The notes beneath the pieces are model-generated. The model searched no databases. It was not told the origin of the DNA and was given only the letters and a program-made list of their open reading frames with translations. The position numbers and the translations under genes are program-made. Of a DNA stretch of 64,000 nt, positions 17,616 to 28,500 are shown piece after piece (position 1 is the first letter of the stretch; each line of letters starts with the position of its first letter). Origin of the DNA: Cyanobacteria bacterium P01_F01_bin.150 (GTDB taxonomy: Bacteria > Cyanobacteriota > Cyanobacteriia > CAKZMO01); contig JBCCYL010000031.1 in assembly GCA_039189765.1 (NCBI GenBank), forward strand, positions 1-64,000, read 5' to 3'.

Positions 17616-20522
17616 TCATAACCAGTTCCCCAATAATACAAAGGGAGACCAGTACCGGGGATGCCTGTAGGGATAACTGCCTTGAACCTCAAAATTTTTG
17701 ACGGATTGTTGGGCAAGTTGCAGTGCTTTTGTTTTACTTATGTTTTGATTGGGCAAATGGCGATAGAACTCAGCGATTAAGAGAGCCGTAGCCTGATCAT
17801 CGACAGACCAAAGAGAGGCGAGAGTACTGCGTGCCCCTGCTCGTACTGCAACCCCTGCTAGCCCCAGTGCTGCCCGTTCATCACCGCTAGCGGTTTGACA
17901 AGCACTGAGCACAAGTAGTTCGATCGCTTGGTCCAATCTCTGATTATTCTGACCCCGTAGCAATTCATGGAGGTCGTTCACATCAATTTTGCCGTCATGG
18001 GTCAGAATAAAAGTGTTTTCAGCCCGAGAGCTAAAGCGCCCATGAGTGGCTAAATGCACGATCGAAATAGGCTTTCGATCAATCTTTGCCTCAATTTCGG
18101 CTTCGGTAAACTCTTGATTTAAGAGTCTAATGGCTGAAGGTACAGCGGACGCGATCGCTTCTAGCTCTTGCTGAACGTTGGGTAGTGGCGGAAATCCCGA
18201 TCGACTTTCGGATAATCCTGCGGCCAGGATGCTGGGCAATTGACGAGGGGATGACGCTGTCTCCAAAAGTTGTAGCCCCGGAGAGAGCGAAACGGCATAG
18301 CGTTCCACTAGATACTGCTCGCCATCATAGAGTGCAGACATCGATACATTTCTAAGAACCCCATCCAAGACAAAAACAATTTGTTCAATGCCATGGGCAC
18401 GGAGTTCCGTTTCCAGTGGCTGGACCAACCACTGATAGAGTTGCTGCGCTGGGACCTTCACGCTTTTAACGGTATGGGGTTGAGTCAGTTTGCGACGGAA
18501 ATCAAGAGCCGTCTCTCTAACGTGCTGAGATGAAGCTGGGGTTGAATAATGTTTAAGCGTTCCTTCAGTGGAGCGATGCGTGGAGTCTTCTGACGTTTGC
18601 GATTCAGACTGAGGCAGTTTTAACACCACATCCAACCGATCTGGCAGGATAATGGAATAGAGAACCGCAGTGGTTTGTCCTTGTTGCTCAATGATTGCAT
18701 CTAGAGATTCTGTTTGGATATTTGAACAGGCATCTTGGAAAAAATTATCAAGTTCTGCCAGTTGGAGCGCCTCCAGCACATCCCGTGCTTTCCTTAAGTT
18801 TGCTTGAGATTGGGATTGGGGTTGGGACTCGGAAGAGTCCGTTGGGCTTAATAACAAATCGGTAAACTGACGATAGAGGGGTTCAATGCTCTCGCGAAAG
18901 GAGAATTGAATGTCCGTATCTAACACTGTCAGGTCAGAGCGCAATCCTTTAAGGGTATTGAACGCCGCAGTGTAGTAAGCGATCGCCTCTTCACGATGGC
19001 CATCCGCTTTCAATAGCCGTCCCATTTGCCACTGCCATAGATAGGCCAGATCAGGCGCTTGCAGTTCCTGGGCAAGCTGCATAGCCCTTTCGGTTACTGT
19101 TTTAGCGTTCGGGTCAGGGTGAGGATCGCGAAGGGGAGACGATATCCTATGGTCTCCGATCTGACCATTGCTGCCATATTGTGACGCTGTACGATATTTG
19201 ACGGCAAGGGATTGACCTTCAGGCGATTTGACTTCAAGATAATGGCCTAGACTCCCCCAAGCAAAGGACTCAGCACGATAATCTTTTAATGCCTGTGCCA
19301 TCTGAATCGCACGATTGAATCGCCTGAGCGACGGTTGTTCTGAGCGATCGCCCATATCCTGAGCTACAGACGATAAGCAGGCCAGATCCTGCGCAAAACG
19401 AACATTGGCATAAAAGGTAAAGCGGCTTAAGGGCAACTCTCCCAATCGCTGCTCGATCGCCATACGGTCATCGATGGAAAGGGGCTGTCCTAATGCGATC
19501 GCCAAACTTAAATGGTTGAGACGCGATTTTATTTCCAGCAATCGGTGCTGAGCGGTTTGCAACCCTCCACTGTCATGCTGGGCCACCTGCTGAACCGCCT
19601 GTTGATAATAGTCAGTGGCCTGTTGATAATGACGACGCACGGTATCCGTTAAATCCCTCTCGGACCAGTCCGGACAGTAGGATTGAGTCACTAGGGATTG
19701 ACGAGTGGCCAAAAGCTGTTGGTTGAGTTGGCGATCGCCCAACAGTCGTTCCAGATTGCCCAGGCTAAGCAGCGTTGCCGCATCAGGGGCCGAATGTAAA
19801 CTCAGGGCCAAGCTTAGACTCGTGTCTAGGGCAGCCCGCGCAGACTCATACTGTCCCATGGCGGCTTGGGTATTGCCCAAACTTCGCCATGCAGTCAGGG
19901 CTAGATCGGAAGGGGGTAAGGTGGTCAGTTGATCGTCTAGCGCTTCAATGCGATGGTTGGCCTGACGGTAGTAGCCCAATGCCCGTAGGGCTTGGATTTG
20001 GTTAATTTGGGTGCCCATTAGTCCAGCTTGGTCATCGAGCGCTCGGTAGGCTATCGCTGCGGATTGCCAGGCTGCAACGGCGGCCTCTAGCTGTCCCCAG
20101 GCAAATTGCAGTTCTCCTTGGGTATTCAAAACCTGAGCCTGAACCTGATAGGCACTTTCGCTATCGGGGCTAGTCGGTAAGAGACCAATGCTAGCGTCCA
20201 GGGCGGATTGGGATTGGGGGCGATCGCCCAGTTCCTGATAAACCAAGGCCAAATAGCTGAGCGTAAGCGCCTGATTTAGGGGCGCATTAAGGGTGTTATA
20301 AGTATCGCTGGCTGCCTGGAGAGGAGCGATCGCTTGGCTATATTGCCCTGCTTGGTAATACTCTCGCCCCTGTTGTACCAGACTCGCTGGGGCAATCGTA
20401 CTTGCCGGGACAACCGTACTCAATTGAGCATGGGTAGGGCTAGGAGGCCAGTGGAGACTCAAGCTCAGTAAAAACGCAGCCAAGAACCAACAAAGCCGTT
20501 TTAACCAAAGGAATCGTTCCAT
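17616..20522 (-). CDS. exported TPR-repeat + CHAT (caspase/HetF-like) protease
   Basis: Signal-like N-terminus (..FLAAFLLSLSL..THAQ), TPR helices, catalytic motifs IVHLATHG and LLVLSACQTA, terminal HPRYWSPFVLLGNWL. Confidence 0.93.
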   Translation of the reverse strand: MERFLWLKRLCWFLAAFLLSLSLHWPPSPTHAQLSTVVPASTIAPASLVQQGREYYQAGQYSQAIAPLQAASDTYNTLNAPLNQALTLSYLALVYQELGDRPQSQSALDASIGLLPTSPDSESAYQVQAQVLNTQGELQFAWGQLEAAVAAWQSAAIAYRALDDQAGLMGTQINQIQALRALGYYRQANHRIEALDDQLTTLPPSDLALTAWRSLGNTQAAMGQYESARAALDTSLSLALSLHSAPDAATLLSLGNLERLLGDRQLNQQLLATRQSLVTQSYCPDWSERDLTDTVRRHYQQATDYYQQAVQQVAQHDSGGLQTAQHRLLEIKSRLNHLSLAIALGQPLSIDDRMAIEQRLGELPLSRFTFYANVRFAQDLACLSSVAQDMGDRSEQPSLRRFNRAIQMAQALKDYRAESFAWGSLGHYLEVKSPEGQSLAVKYRTASQYGSNGQIGDHRISSPLRDPHPDPNAKTVTERAMQLAQELQAPDLAYLWQWQMGRLLKADGHREEAIAYYTAAFNTLKGLRSDLTVLDTDIQFSFRESIEPLYRQFTDLLLSPTDSSESQPQSQSQANLRKARDVLEALQLAELDNFFQDACSNIQTESLDAIIEQQGQTTAVLYSIILPDRLDVVLKLPQSESQTSEDSTHRSTEGTLKHYSTPASSQHVRETALDFRRKLTQPHTVKSVKVPAQQLYQWLVQPLETELRAHGIEQIVFVLDGVLRNVSMSALYDGEQYLVERYAVSLSPGLQLLETASSPRQLPSILAAGLSESRSGFPPLPNVQQELEAIASAVPSAIRLLNQEFTEAEIEAKIDRKPISIVHLATHGRFSSRAENTFILTHDGKIDVNDLHELLRGQNNQRLDQAIELLVLSACQTASGDERAALGLAGVAVRAGARSTLASLWSVDDQATALLIAEFYRHLPNQNISKTKALQLAQQSVKNFEVQGSYPYRHPRYWSPFVLLGNWL

Positions 20523-20532
20523 TGTCTTATTC

Positions 20533-23500
20533 CTACTGTTGATGCCGTGTGCACCCAGACCACATCATGACACGCTCATTGTGGGGAAGCTTAGTAACTA
20601 GCATGATCGTACCAGCATCATCCATGATCCAGTCTTGGGCTTCAGTCAGTGCAACAGATTGTGACATATGGGTCGCTGGAGCATTGCGATGGGACGGGGA
20701 TGCGGGCGAATAATGGGACCTTGTCCATATCGTTTCATCAACCTGGGTAAGGCGACGGTCTCGCCAAAGATCATCGTTGAAAAACAGATCGCTGGGTCTG
20801 GAAGGCAAACCACCACGACCAACAGCAACAAAATTGCTCTCACGGGAGAGGTCGCACAGTGTGCTGTCAAGCAGATCTGTGACATCCACAAGAGCGCTTG
20901 GCAGTTCGGTCAGCCCACGGCTAGGATCGCTGCCAGGGGTCTCAACAACCACCGTACCATCCAGACCAAATCTGGAACTCGCTGTAATGTCGCTGAGCAC
21001 AGTCCGTTGAGGACGAAACGCAAGGCCAAACAAGCCATCGGTGGTGATGCCAATGTTTCCGCCTTGGCCTTCAAAGGCATTCGCTACAATATCGCTGTTT
21101 CCCTGGGGTTGGGCCAAAATAAAACCAGAGGTGATGATGATATCACCGCCATTACCGCCGCTCTGATCCGTACCGGCTTCGGTGGATATTAAACTATTGT
21201 TCTCCATTATCAAGAGGTCACTTACATCGAGCATGATGTTCCCCCCAGCACCAGAGTCCGTTTCAGTAGAAATGCGACTTCGTTGGCCCAGCATGAGGGA
21301 TTGAGCATCAATAGCGATCGCTCCAGCACGCCCCTCTTGCCCCGTTGCCTCAACTGAAATGGATGCTCCATCATAGAGTCTAATGCGGCCTGGGGTCCGA
21401 ACCTTTAGGTTACCGGCAGAACTCGCTAAAACGTTGGCCGTTCTGGTTACTCCAGCAATCGTCAAGTTGGCATTGGTTTCTGCACTAATGCGATTAAGCA
21501 GAATCTCACCGTCAGCCATCAGGCGAATATTTCCTCCCTGTAAGATGGCGGTATCCGTTGGGCCAAGACTCAACTCGGAAAATGTAAAGGTGCCAGCACT
21601 GGCATTTAACTCCGACTGTTCACCCAATTGCAAGGCTCCGTCAGCATGAAACTGGATAGGGCCCCCCGTTGTCCTAAACTGGGCTTGTCCAGAGGTGGTG
21701 TTTTGCCCAACAGCCCCCACCTCTGCCACGGATCGTCCAGACGAGTCAACACGAGCATTAAGCTGAATCGTTCCGGTATCCAAATCCTCCCTCATCCTGT
21801 CACCGCCTATTCTTACCTGAGTAGACAAGGCGATCGCTCCGCCCTGACTGGACACATTTTCTACTTTGCCCCCTACGGCCTCTCCTCCCTCTCCGCTATT
21901 CTGATTCGTTTCCGCCAATGCCTCTACCAAGAGACGGGCAGAGGTGTCCGCATTGGCAGACGATTGTCCAGCCGCAACAGCAGAGGAATTTAGGCTCCCG
22001 ACCATAAGCGTGCCAATAGAGGAGCCGGTGGTCACGTCGCCTGTTCTTACCTGAGTGGAAAGGGCGATCGCACCTCCCTGGCTAAAGACATCGTTCACTT
22101 GCCCTGCCGCTGCCGTTCCTCCATCTCCGCTGTTCGTCACATTTGCGCCAGGCGCATCGGCAAATGTCCCCGCCCCTGCCCCTGCATCGGCATCGGCAAA
22201 GGTGGCTGCATTAACATTGCCTATTTGGAGGTGGCCAATCGCAGAGTGACTCGTAACCGGTCCCGTTCTCACTTGAGTAGAAAGGGCGATCGCCCCCCCT
22301 TGACTAGAGACATTCTCCACTGTTCCCCCTGTTGCGGTTCCCCCCTCACCGATGTTCTCAACGGTCGGTACATTGCTAGACGCGTTTATCTGGGGAAGCA
22401 ATATAAAATTGGACGTCGCTACAGATGCAGACGCAGAACCGGACCCAAAAATACTGGACGCATTAATGTTGCCTGTTTGAAGGGTACCGATATCCGATGA
22501 CGCCCCTACGGAACCTGTTCTTATCTGAGTGGAGAGAGTAATCGGTCCGGCCTGATTCGATATATTGGCGATGCTACCTGCCGTTGCATCGCCACCATCG
22601 CCGCTGTTCTCACTGGTGGCCAAAACTCCCCGCTCAAACGTAGTAGCAGACGCCTGCGCTGATGCAGAGGCATCTCCAATTGCGGATGCCGAGGAATTAA
22701 GATCCTCCACTCTGATCATGCCAAGATTAGATGCAGTGGTCACATCCTCCGTCCGTACCCAGGTAGACAGCATAATTGGTCCGCCCTGACTGGAGATCAC
22801 CTCCACCTGACTCCCCGTTGCCATTCCCCCATTCCCGATATTTTGCCTGGTCTGGGTCTTACCTAAAAAATCAGTGTTGGCATCAGCGTTGGCGCTGGCG
22901 TTGGCATTAGCATTAGCAAAGGACATGACTGTTCCTGTTTGGATTGTGCCCATTGTTTGGTTAGGCGTCAAAGCAGAGGCCGCAGTAACACTGTCCATCC
23001 TTAAGCGAGTGAAGAGGGCGATCGCCCCTCCCCTAGAACGAGCGGTTGCCTGTCCGGCAATCGCAACACCACCATCTCCACGTCCATTTCTAGTCGAAGC
23101 ATCAACAGAGGCATCAGCCTCAGACCGTGAGACAGCCCTAATATCGCCTGTTGTGATAGTGCCCAGCGATGACGCTACTGCTTGGCCACGAGCATCAACC
23201 CTTGTGACGATGCGGATATCTCCCCCCCTCGCCATCGCTCGGGTATCCCCTGATTGCACAAACTGGGTGCCATCAGGCTGAATCACTTGGATTTGTTCCC
23301 CCTGCGTTTGGGCAGTAGCGGAGGTATTAAGCAGTTGAGTGGTAATATTGCCGCCGGATAATAGAGTAATATTGCCGCCAAATGCCTGAGCTGCATCCCC
23401 CACAATTACTCCCATGCCAAACAGGTTTCCGGCCCGTGCAAACGTTGTAAGGGAGCCGGAAATGTTAATGTCCCCACGGGAATCAATCACAACATCCCCG

Positions 23501-24834
23501 CCTCTTGCTGTTCCTACCGTGCTCCGTTTGATACTCGTATCAATTGAGGCAATGTCAATAGTTCCCCCCTGCAATGCCCTATTCGGACGATATTGATTGC
23601 TAATAAAAACCATGCCCCCCGTGTTTTGGATATCACCCAGCGTAATATCGGCTCGTGTTCCACTTCTAGTCGCTGATTCTCTTGGCTGGCGTACCCCAGC
23701 GCGGATATCCAGGGTCGGCTCTGTGCTCCCATTAATCTCAATCACGGTCTCTCTACCCGATAACATGACCTGTTCCTGAATTGAAGTCCCCAGAACATCG
23801 GCTCCCGTAATCCTGATCGTTCCGGGAATCCTCACACGGCCCCCGGCTAAAATATGCAGTGATGCGCCCTCGTAGTCCCGAAATTCCACATCACCACTGG
23901 CTTGAATAACTGGGTCGTCTAGACTTATGAGCTGCCCCAATCGACCGTTTAGCTGGTCAATACGAAATGCTTGTCCCGACTGGAAGTAAGCATCTCCAAG
24001 CACTGGAGCACCAGAGCGTAGTACGAGATTGCCTCCCGCAAACAAGCCGCTATCGGGATGGTTTAGCGCAGAGATATTAATCGTGTCATTGCCCTGCACC
24101 CGTAAATTCTTGCCTGCTCGAGCAATAAACGGCTCCGTCGCTGTATCGCGGATTTCAATTCGAGTGGGCGATCGCAGGTTCAAATGTCTCCCAGCTTGGA
24201 GCTGTCCAGACAGGATAAGAGGGACTCCAGCTAGGGTTAAGGTTTCTCCCACTGCCAGATGGCCCGAATTTGTCAGGGGGTTCCCATCCGACAGCAGCGC
24301 CATGGGGTTTCTTGCTGCTTGTCCAAAGTGCAGTCCAATGGGAGCATTTATTGTTAACAACGGTGGCACGTTTGTGGAATCGGCCCGAAACATTTCACCG
24401 TTTGGAAACACCAATTGGTCAGCAGTACTGGCCATAAACGATCCGGCAATATCGAGGCGGGCATTGGGGCCAAACATCATACCGTTAGGGTTTAGCAAAA
24501 ATAAGTTTGCCTGCCCCCGTACACCCAAGCTCCCTAGAATGTCAGATGGGTCATCTCCGGTCACCCGACTCAGAATATGTTCAACGGTATCGACGGGGTC
24601 AAAATAAACGGCATGATCTTCTCGTATATTAAATTCACGAAAACTGTGAAATACATGAACTCCACTACGGGAATGCCTCCCTCCGTGAATGAGGTCAGTC
24701 AGAGTGTCTTCGGACTTAACAATGGTCCCCAAACTTTCGTCAGGTAGCAAACCCAGTTGAGCATGGGCTTTGTTTTTGTGAGATAAAAGGCTCCAACTAG
24801 CGGCCAATAAACCGAGTAGAATAACTGTTTTCAT
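20533..24834 (-). CDS. filamentous-haemagglutinin/TPS-domain exoprotein with internal ~80-aa repeats
   Basis: Signal peptide, FHSFREFNI, ILSRVTG, LFLLNPNGMMFGPNARLDIAGSF; repeated GGAIALSTQVR; C-terminal C..FVAVGRGGLP..EAQDW motif. Confidence 0.9.
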   Translation of the reverse strand: MKTVILLGLLAASWSLLSHKNKAHAQLGLLPDESLGTIVKSEDTLTDLIHGGRHSRSGVHVFHSFREFNIREDHAVYFDPVDTVEHILSRVTGDDPSDILGSLGVRGQANLFLLNPNGMMFGPNARLDIAGSFMASTADQLVFPNGEMFRADSTNVPPLLTINAPIGLHFGQAARNPMALLSDGNPLTNSGHLAVGETLTLAGVPLILSGQLQAGRHLNLRSPTRIEIRDTATEPFIARAGKNLRVQGNDTINISALNHPDSGLFAGGNLVLRSGAPVLGDAYFQSGQAFRIDQLNGRLGQLISLDDPVIQASGDVEFRDYEGASLHILAGGRVRIPGTIRITGADVLGTSIQEQVMLSGRETVIEINGSTEPTLDIRAGVRQPRESATRSGTRADITLGDIQNTGGMVFISNQYRPNRALQGGTIDIASIDTSIKRSTVGTARGGDVVIDSRGDINISGSLTTFARAGNLFGMGVIVGDAAQAFGGNITLLSGGNITTQLLNTSATAQTQGEQIQVIQPDGTQFVQSGDTRAMARGGDIRIVTRVDARGQAVASSLGTITTGDIRAVSRSEADASVDASTRNGRGDGGVAIAGQATARSRGGAIALFTRLRMDSVTAASALTPNQTMGTIQTGTVMSFANANANASANADANTDFLGKTQTRQNIGNGGMATGSQVEVISSQGGPIMLSTWVRTEDVTTASNLGMIRVEDLNSSASAIGDASASAQASATTFERGVLATSENSGDGGDATAGSIANISNQAGPITLSTQIRTGSVGASSDIGTLQTGNINASSIFGSGSASASVATSNFILLPQINASSNVPTVENIGEGGTATGGTVENVSSQGGAIALSTQVRTGPVTSHSAIGHLQIGNVNAATFADADAGAGAGTFADAPGANVTNSGDGGTAAAGQVNDVFSQGGAIALSTQVRTGDVTTGSSIGTLMVGSLNSSAVAAGQSSANADTSARLLVEALAETNQNSGEGGEAVGGKVENVSSQGGAIALSTQVRIGGDRMREDLDTGTIQLNARVDSSGRSVAEVGAVGQNTTSGQAQFRTTGGPIQFHADGALQLGEQSELNASAGTFTFSELSLGPTDTAILQGGNIRLMADGEILLNRISAETNANLTIAGVTRTANVLASSAGNLKVRTPGRIRLYDGASISVEATGQEGRAGAIAIDAQSLMLGQRSRISTETDSGAGGNIMLDVSDLLIMENNSLISTEAGTDQSGGNGGDIIITSGFILAQPQGNSDIVANAFEGQGGNIGITTDGLFGLAFRPQRTVLSDITASSRFGLDGTVVVETPGSDPSRGLTELPSALVDVTDLLDSTLCDLSRESNFVAVGRGGLPSRPSDLFFNDDLWRDRRLTQVDETIWTRSHYSPASPSHRNAPATHMSQSVALTEAQDWIMDDAGTIMLVTKLPHNERVMMWSGCTRHQQ

Positions 24835-25239
24835 CGGTTTATTTCTAAATATTTTATATTGACAGTATTCGAGGTACTCAAGAATAAAATGTTTTTCCCT
24901 TTTTATATAAATTTATATGCCCTGAAAGCATTGAAGTCAACCAATTAAGAGCTAACTTATTTATTATCCTTATATAATAGAGGTTAATTCCTGAAAATAA
25001 CCATCAAATCAAACAAAAATATAAATTATGGTGAACAACCATACAGATGCTTACCTTAATAATTCCTTAAAAAATAAGTTGAGAAAAATAACGCGATACT
25101 AGAGTCCGCCCTAGTATCGCCACTTAACACACGGACTAACCTCCTATAAAAGGCCTATTTGATCTATAAATAGACGGTTGAACGTGTTGCCAGACTTTGC
25201 CCGCCACCACGTTCAAAAAACAACCTAGAGCATGACGAA

Positions 25240-25521
25240 TTAAAATATTCTATCGATAATGCTTACAATCGTATTGCCAATCCCTCTAAAGAAATCACCC
25301 GTTCCTGATACCAATTTGCGATGAAAATCATAAACTCGCTTGCCAAGGTATCGTCCATTATCCCATGCATAAACAATCAGATCTCCATTGGCTTCAAAGG
25401 TCTTTTGCATATAATTCCGTCCATTTTTGTAAAGATTTTAAATCTGACGACCACTTGAGAAAAAATCGATAATTCTAGCGAGCTTCCCTAGGTTATCAAA
25501 CTCTTTTCGAAGATAATTTCT
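25240..25521 (-). pseudogene. C-terminal remnant of an unknown protein with one in-frame stop
   Basis: Manual translation RNYLRKEFDNLGKL...RQI*NLYKNGRNYMQKTFEANGDL...GDFFRGIGNTIVSIIDRIF*; stop at 25438-25440; begins right at the hairpin 25522. Confidence 0.5.
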
Positions 25522-25549
25522 GTGTGTCCCCGCTACGCGGGGGACACAC
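25522..25549. repeat. REP-like GC hairpin (family shared with 35618-35660)
   Basis: GTGTGTCCCCGC-TAC-GCGGGGGACACAC; about 40 bp downstream of the stop of the 1344-aa gene. Confidence 0.7.
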
Positions 25550-25589
25550 CTTACAAAGAGTTCAGTACTCAGCTGTGCAGAGTATAGGT

Positions 25590-28500
25590 CTATAAAAGTT
25601 TCAGCAGAATGGGAGCCGCATTCACCATAGAGGCAATAAAGTCTGGCAAATCGAAATCTACTAACGCTTTGAAGGCATCTTTCAAATCGCTGCCTCCCTC
25701 AATTAGGTCGAAGCTTTCGTAAACCGCCTCAATCAAGTCGCCATCGCGGACGGCGATCGCCGCTTCTGCCAAGGATTGACCATCTTGAAAATCAGCCAAA
25801 TCAAACGCTGTAGCAAGGGCATCCAAATACTTTTCTTGTTTGAGATCGCCAATAATACTCAACCAGTCCTCGGCAGATTGAAACTGACCAAGGGAGAGAA
25901 TATTAGAAACTGCATCAAGATATTGGCCATCCTTAACCGCCCAAATCGTGTCAACCCACTGAGTAGCGTGGGCAAAGCCCAGCTCCGATAGCCCCAACTG
26001 AAGAGCCTGACGATCATCCGCAGGATTGCCATCGCGTAAAGCTTTCACCCACTCACTCTGGTTGAGTGGGTGAGCATCCGTTCCGGCTAAGGCAATCAGG
26101 TAATCGGCTACTGTGTTGGTGTCTCCTTCACGAATGGCTACGGCAACTTGGATAATGGCATCGGCTTTTGCTTGATCGATGCCAAGGGTGTTAACCCCAA
26201 CCAGATCCAAACCAGCTTTCAATGCCTCTTGGTAATTTTGCTCTAAAATATTCCAAGCCATATCAACCAATTCGGTGGCGTTAGGAAGGCCAACCTGAGA
26301 GAGGGCCGCATCTATAGCCGTTTCCCAACTACCCTGCTCCATCGCCCAGGCCACCGCGACAAACACTTCAGATACGGTTTGCTGCACGCCCAGATTCGTT
26401 AGCGTCTCAGAAATCGCTCCTTGATAGTCCTCGTCCTTCAATTCCCACAAGATATCGATGGCAAAATCGACCATTTTGGGTGTGATCACATTTGATGCAC
26501 CATAAAAGGCAAGGGCTGAATCGATTGCTGATTTTAGGGCACCTTTGTCATCGCCCTCCAAGGCGTTGACCAGCCCTTCTACCGCACCAACGGCCGTACC
26601 CACCACCGGAATCCGCTTCAGCAGATCGACAATGGTATCCGTGTTGACGGCCTCGATACTTTGAATAATGCTTTTGGTGGTTTCAACCCCGATCACCGTT
26701 GGCGCATTGAGAATGCCTCCAATTGCTTTATTGTCGTCGTAAAACTGTTCTATCGTGTTGCCAATAGCTCGGGCTTGCTTGGCGGTATCGTTCAGCCAAT
26801 CTTTGACATCACTCACGGCAACATCTAGCCATGCCTTGGCGTAACTCACACCGGTCACTGAGCTAACGGCAGATGCGGCTGAATTTCGACCAAAGCCTTC
26901 ATCCCGCAGGATTTTGCCTAAACGATACGAACTCATTCCATGGCCGCTGTGCCACACGGCCAAAGCCACATCGGTGGCATTCATACGGCTTGTCCCATTG
27001 GTGACACCATCAGCCATGGCATCCGCAATGCCTTCTTTACTAATGCCGAGATACCGTAAGGCTTTTCCAATCGTTTCTTGATATGCCCCTTCATCCCACA
27101 GAATATCGGCGACTTCCCTGGAATTGGTGGGGAGTCCACTATGCCAAAGGGCGATCGCTGTATCGATATAATTCAGAGTTGTTCCGTCGCTTTTGGTCAC
27201 CCCATCATCGATGGCATCGGCAATGGTTCGTAGCCCAAACCCTAAATATTTCAGGGCTTGTCCAATGTCAGATTGGGATGCGCCTTCATCCCACAGTAGG
27301 TCAGCAATTTGTCTTGCACTGGGCCTATAGCCGCTATTCCGTAACCCGACAGCAACGCTGGTGTAGTTTAGTCCCGCTCCGTTACTTTTGGTGACCCCAT
27401 CATCGAGGGCATCGGCAATCGTTCGGAGGCTGAAGCCAAGATGTTTCATCGCCTGGCCGATTTGAGTCTGGGATGCGCCTTCATCCCACAGCAGATCGGC
27501 AATTTGTCTTGCACTAGGGTTATGGCCGCTATGCCAAAGGGCGATCGCCGTATCGATATAATTCAGCGTTGCTCCGTCGCTTTTGGTCACCCCATCATCG
27601 ATGGCATCGGCAATGGTTTTTAATCCAAATCCGAGGTTTTTCATAACCTTTCCAATCTGAGCTTGGGATGCGCCTTCGTCCCATAAAAGGTCGGCCAAGG
27701 TGCGGCTGTTAATTGAGTGGCCACTGTTCCAGAGGGCGATCGCCGTATCCATATAGTTCAACGTGGTGCCGTCACTCTTGGTCACCCCATCATCAATGGC
27801 ATCGGCAATGGTGGATAGGCCAAATCCAAGATGTTTCATCGCTTGACCAATTTGTTCCTGGGTTGCCCCTTCATCCCACAACAGGTCGGCCAAGGTGCGG
27901 CTGTTAATTGAGTGGCCACTATTCCAGAGGGCGATCGCCGTATCCGTATAGTTCAACGTGGTGCCATCACTCTTGGTCACCCCATCATCAATGGCATCCG
28001 CAATGGTCGTTAGGTCAAACTCAAGATGTTTCATTGCTTTCCCGATTTGCGCTTGAGTTGCTCCTTCATCCCATAACAAATCAGCTAGTTGTCGAGTCCC
28101 AAATGCATGGCCACTGTTCCAGAGGGCGATCGCTGTGTCCGTATAGTTCAATGTGGTGCCATCACTCTTGGTCACCCCATCATCCATCGCATCGGCAATG
28201 GTTGTTAGACCAAACCCAAGATTTTTCATCGCCCGCCCGATTTCGTCTTGGGCGGCTCCTTCATCCCACAACAAATCTGCCAAGGTACGGGTACTGATAG
28301 CGTGTCCACTTTCCCACAAGGCAGTGGCAACGCTGGTGTAGTTCAACGTGGTGCCATCGCTCTTGGTCACCCCATCATCCATCGCATCGGCAATGGTGGA
28401 TAGCCCAAAGTTAAGGGCCTTCATTGCTTGACCAATGTCTGCCTGGGATGCTCCCTCATCCCACAGCAAATCGGCCAGTTTGCGGGTATCAAATGTATGG

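Noticed and set aside
20668..24607. Many 60-190-aa antisense ORFs over the FHA gene (and similar ones over glgP, xfp and both RNDs)
   Set aside because: Shadow ORFs expected opposite long genes; their similarity between RND copies only reflects the sense-strand paralogy
25250..25279. TGGCA-N17-ATCGATAG as a fourth copy of the candidate sigma promoter
   Set aside because: Three mismatches, more than 400 nt from the FHA start, and it lies within a coding remnant
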